A stretch of 64,000 bases of DNA from Eutreptiella sp. 'Long Island Sound 2002' (Eukaryota > Protista > Euglenida). The stretch is from contig OZ038378.1 in the NCBI GenBank assembly GCA_964036045.1, positions 66,836,001-66,900,000 of the forward strand, given 5' to 3'. The notes below the pieces were generated by a model, which saw nothing but the letters and a program-made list of their open reading frames with translations, had not been told where the DNA came from and did not search any database. Below, one piece after another: positions 61,885-64,000 of this stretch. The stretch's first letter is position 1, and every line of letters starts with the position of its first letter. A program made the translations under genes and the position numbers.

Positions 61885-63131
61885 ATCTGGGGGCCAGGAG
61901 TCCTTCAACGCCTGGATCAGTGGTCCATGTCCCCTATTTCCTGTAACAACCGGCTGAGAAACATGCAATCTTGCACTCTTGACCACCAAAATGGCAGATG
62001 AGCAGACTGGGCCGTGCTTGGGCAAAGCGGGGGGAGGGGGCTGACCCTCTCAGCTCTTGTTGCCCACCACGGCATATTCCTTTTCATGACCAGCAACAAT
62101 CTGTTTTCCAATCATTCCTCCATTCCCCAACCCTATCCTCCTATATTCCCCAACCTCACCAGCCTAGCACCCCAATCTGCCGCCACAGGCCCTGTCTCCA
62201 TCCTATCTCCCAGACCTGAGCCCAGCTTCCTACTCTTCAACTGCCAGCTGAGTGACAAATGACCTGACCAAAGTACCGAAGTACAGCAGGACATACTGAA
62301 CGGCGGCCATGGACTGATGTTGGCTGGTTCGGTTCCATGCAAGGAGAAGGAATGCTCATCACTGAGTGATAATCAGGGCATGGGCTGCTAAGAGGCAATC
62401 AGATCTGACAAGGAAGAGTTGGGCACTCAGGCTGCAGAGGTTGCATGTATTCCGCTTCAAGCCAATCCCCCCCCCCCCTCGCAATATGCTACTGGCCCAA
62501 TGTGCTACGAGCTATAGCTATCCAGGGGGGTCGATTACAGCGGCAATCACAATCACAATGAACTGACTGCATGGGATGAAATACGATATCTGTGAAAGAG
62601 TAAGCTCAAGGCAAGAGATAGAATCAACAAGCACAAAAACCAATGAAAGCATTGAGTGAAGAGCAGCAAGGTCATGAATAAACTCAAGTGGTGCTCAAAC
62701 TGCAAGGTTTTTTAGTAGTGTTCCAGCTCTGCTGCTGTGCCCATAAATAAGCTGGAGCAGGAATGAACGTCGACTCCACTAGAGGGCAAACTATACAGGG
62801 GGGCCAGGATTATGCATTCCGCGTGGATTACACACAGGGTGTAAGTGTCCGTTCCGGACCACGCAATGAAGCGCAGGATAGTCAGCTACCACATGCCCCT
62901 TTGTCACAGACAACCCGGTCAATGCACTCAATGTCAAGTTCAGGTGCATGATGCACAACATAAGTCCACATGCAGGGTCCCTCAACGAGTGATTGACATT
63001 TATTGGGTTATGGGTCTGGCGGGTTTGATCATGCCTTGGGCTCAGGTTCGGATTCAGACTCTGTGCCACTTCCCGGCCCCATTGAATCTGCTGATGAGAT
63101 AAGACACATTACTATTCGCTTCATCAGTGGA

Positions 63132-63709
63132 GGAACCCCCCCCCGTTGCGCAAGCACCAGCCAGGTCAGGAAAGTGACGGTCAGACCGGGTCCTGGTGCT
63201 TAGACAAGGCGGTGCAACTGCGCGACGCGCGGTACCAAAGAAAGCATATCCCGAAAACCTGCCCATACCTCACCCTAAGCACAATAGTCGTAACAGGGCG
63301 GTTTTGGTGGGGCTGTGGGATATGGGGGCAACTCTGGGCGCTCCCAAGTTGTAATTCCTCAGTTGTGGAATCTGCCCCACAAGCAGAACGACCAATGATA
63401 GTGGCAGGCGCATGCTCACCGGTGGACCGGACGTATGTGACAGCCAAGCCAGGGGTAACGACATTAGTCATGGCTGGGGTCACACCAAAACAAAGAGCAG
63501 TGGGGTGCAGTACCAAGCAGAATGTTGTTATGAGCAGGAGGACTCATCACAAGCTTGAAACAGCCCTCTTTCCCTCTACAATTGGCACACGATCACGCTT
63601 TGCGTACTTTCTGACCGTAAAAGCCGAGGTCAGAAAAGTCGGTAAAAGTGACGGTCAGACCGGGTCCTGGTGCTTAGACAAGGCGGTGCTTGCGCAAAGG
63701 GGGGGTACC
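63132..63709 (-). mobile_element. ~580-bp TIR element with an internal 45-bp direct repeat and a frameshifted SH3/Tudor-like ORF
   Basis: Ends GGAACCCCCCCCCGTTGCGCAAGCACC / GGTGCTTGCGCAAAGGGGGGGTACC. AAAGTGACGGTCAGACCGGGTCCTGGTGCTTAGACAAGGCGGTGC is identical at 63171-63215 and 63645-63689. ORF MTNVVTPGLAVTYVRSTGEHAPATIIGRS. Confidence 0.7.
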
Positions 63710-64000
63710 AGTGCATGAGTGTTCCCCTCTCTTGGTGGACATTTCTTCCAGCATCAGGTCCTCCCATATGTCACATACTGTGCAATCACATACCATGCAC
63801 TTGTGCTGCCCCCTTTTTGTGTCTGCCTGCACAGGAGCACGTGCTTGTGTGCGTGCTTGCTTGTTTGCCTTTCCATGGTGCTGGCTTGCTTTGAATTGGT
63901 GCATGCTTTGTTGCTTCCTTCGTTGCGTTTCGCTCGTGCCTACTTTGCTTTTGCTCGTGCTGGCCTGCGTCGCTCGTGCTTGCTTGATTGGTGCTTGCAT

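Overview
Repeat-dense eukaryotic genomic DNA; the style recalls euglenid genomes, but that is an unverified inference. One host gene can be reconstructed: a minus-strand SLC25 mitochondrial carrier (adenine-nucleotide/CoA-carrier-like). About 1 kb of coding sequence lies in at least 5 exons (56179-~56332, 52548-52624, 13236-13511, 12200-12410, 2541-2827), joined in phase by GT-AG introns of 3.55, 39.0, 0.83 and 9.37 kb. The 5' end is unresolved. Almost everything else is mobile or repetitive DNA. A PIF/Harbinger-ISL2EU-type (DDE_Tnp_4) element has an open transposase with a C-terminal Cys-rich finger and a frameshifted accessory ORF, and sits next to a ~31-copy 81-bp tandem array. A young 2.1-kb hAT-type element has perfect TIRs and an 8-bp TSD. 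There are decayed Ty3/gypsy, Penelope-like, LINE, tyrosine-recombinase and hAT fragments, tRNA-like SINE heads, MITEs, long foldback palindromes and minisatellites. The most novel-looking signal is a ~55-aa SH3/Tudor-like module (GxxVxYxRSxGxxxPAxxxG, resembling by eye the kinesin-13 N-terminal barrel). It occurs in three apparently different transposon-like elements in this window, once as the accessory ORF of the Harbinger-like transposase. All domain calls are by-eye motif recognition; no searches were run.
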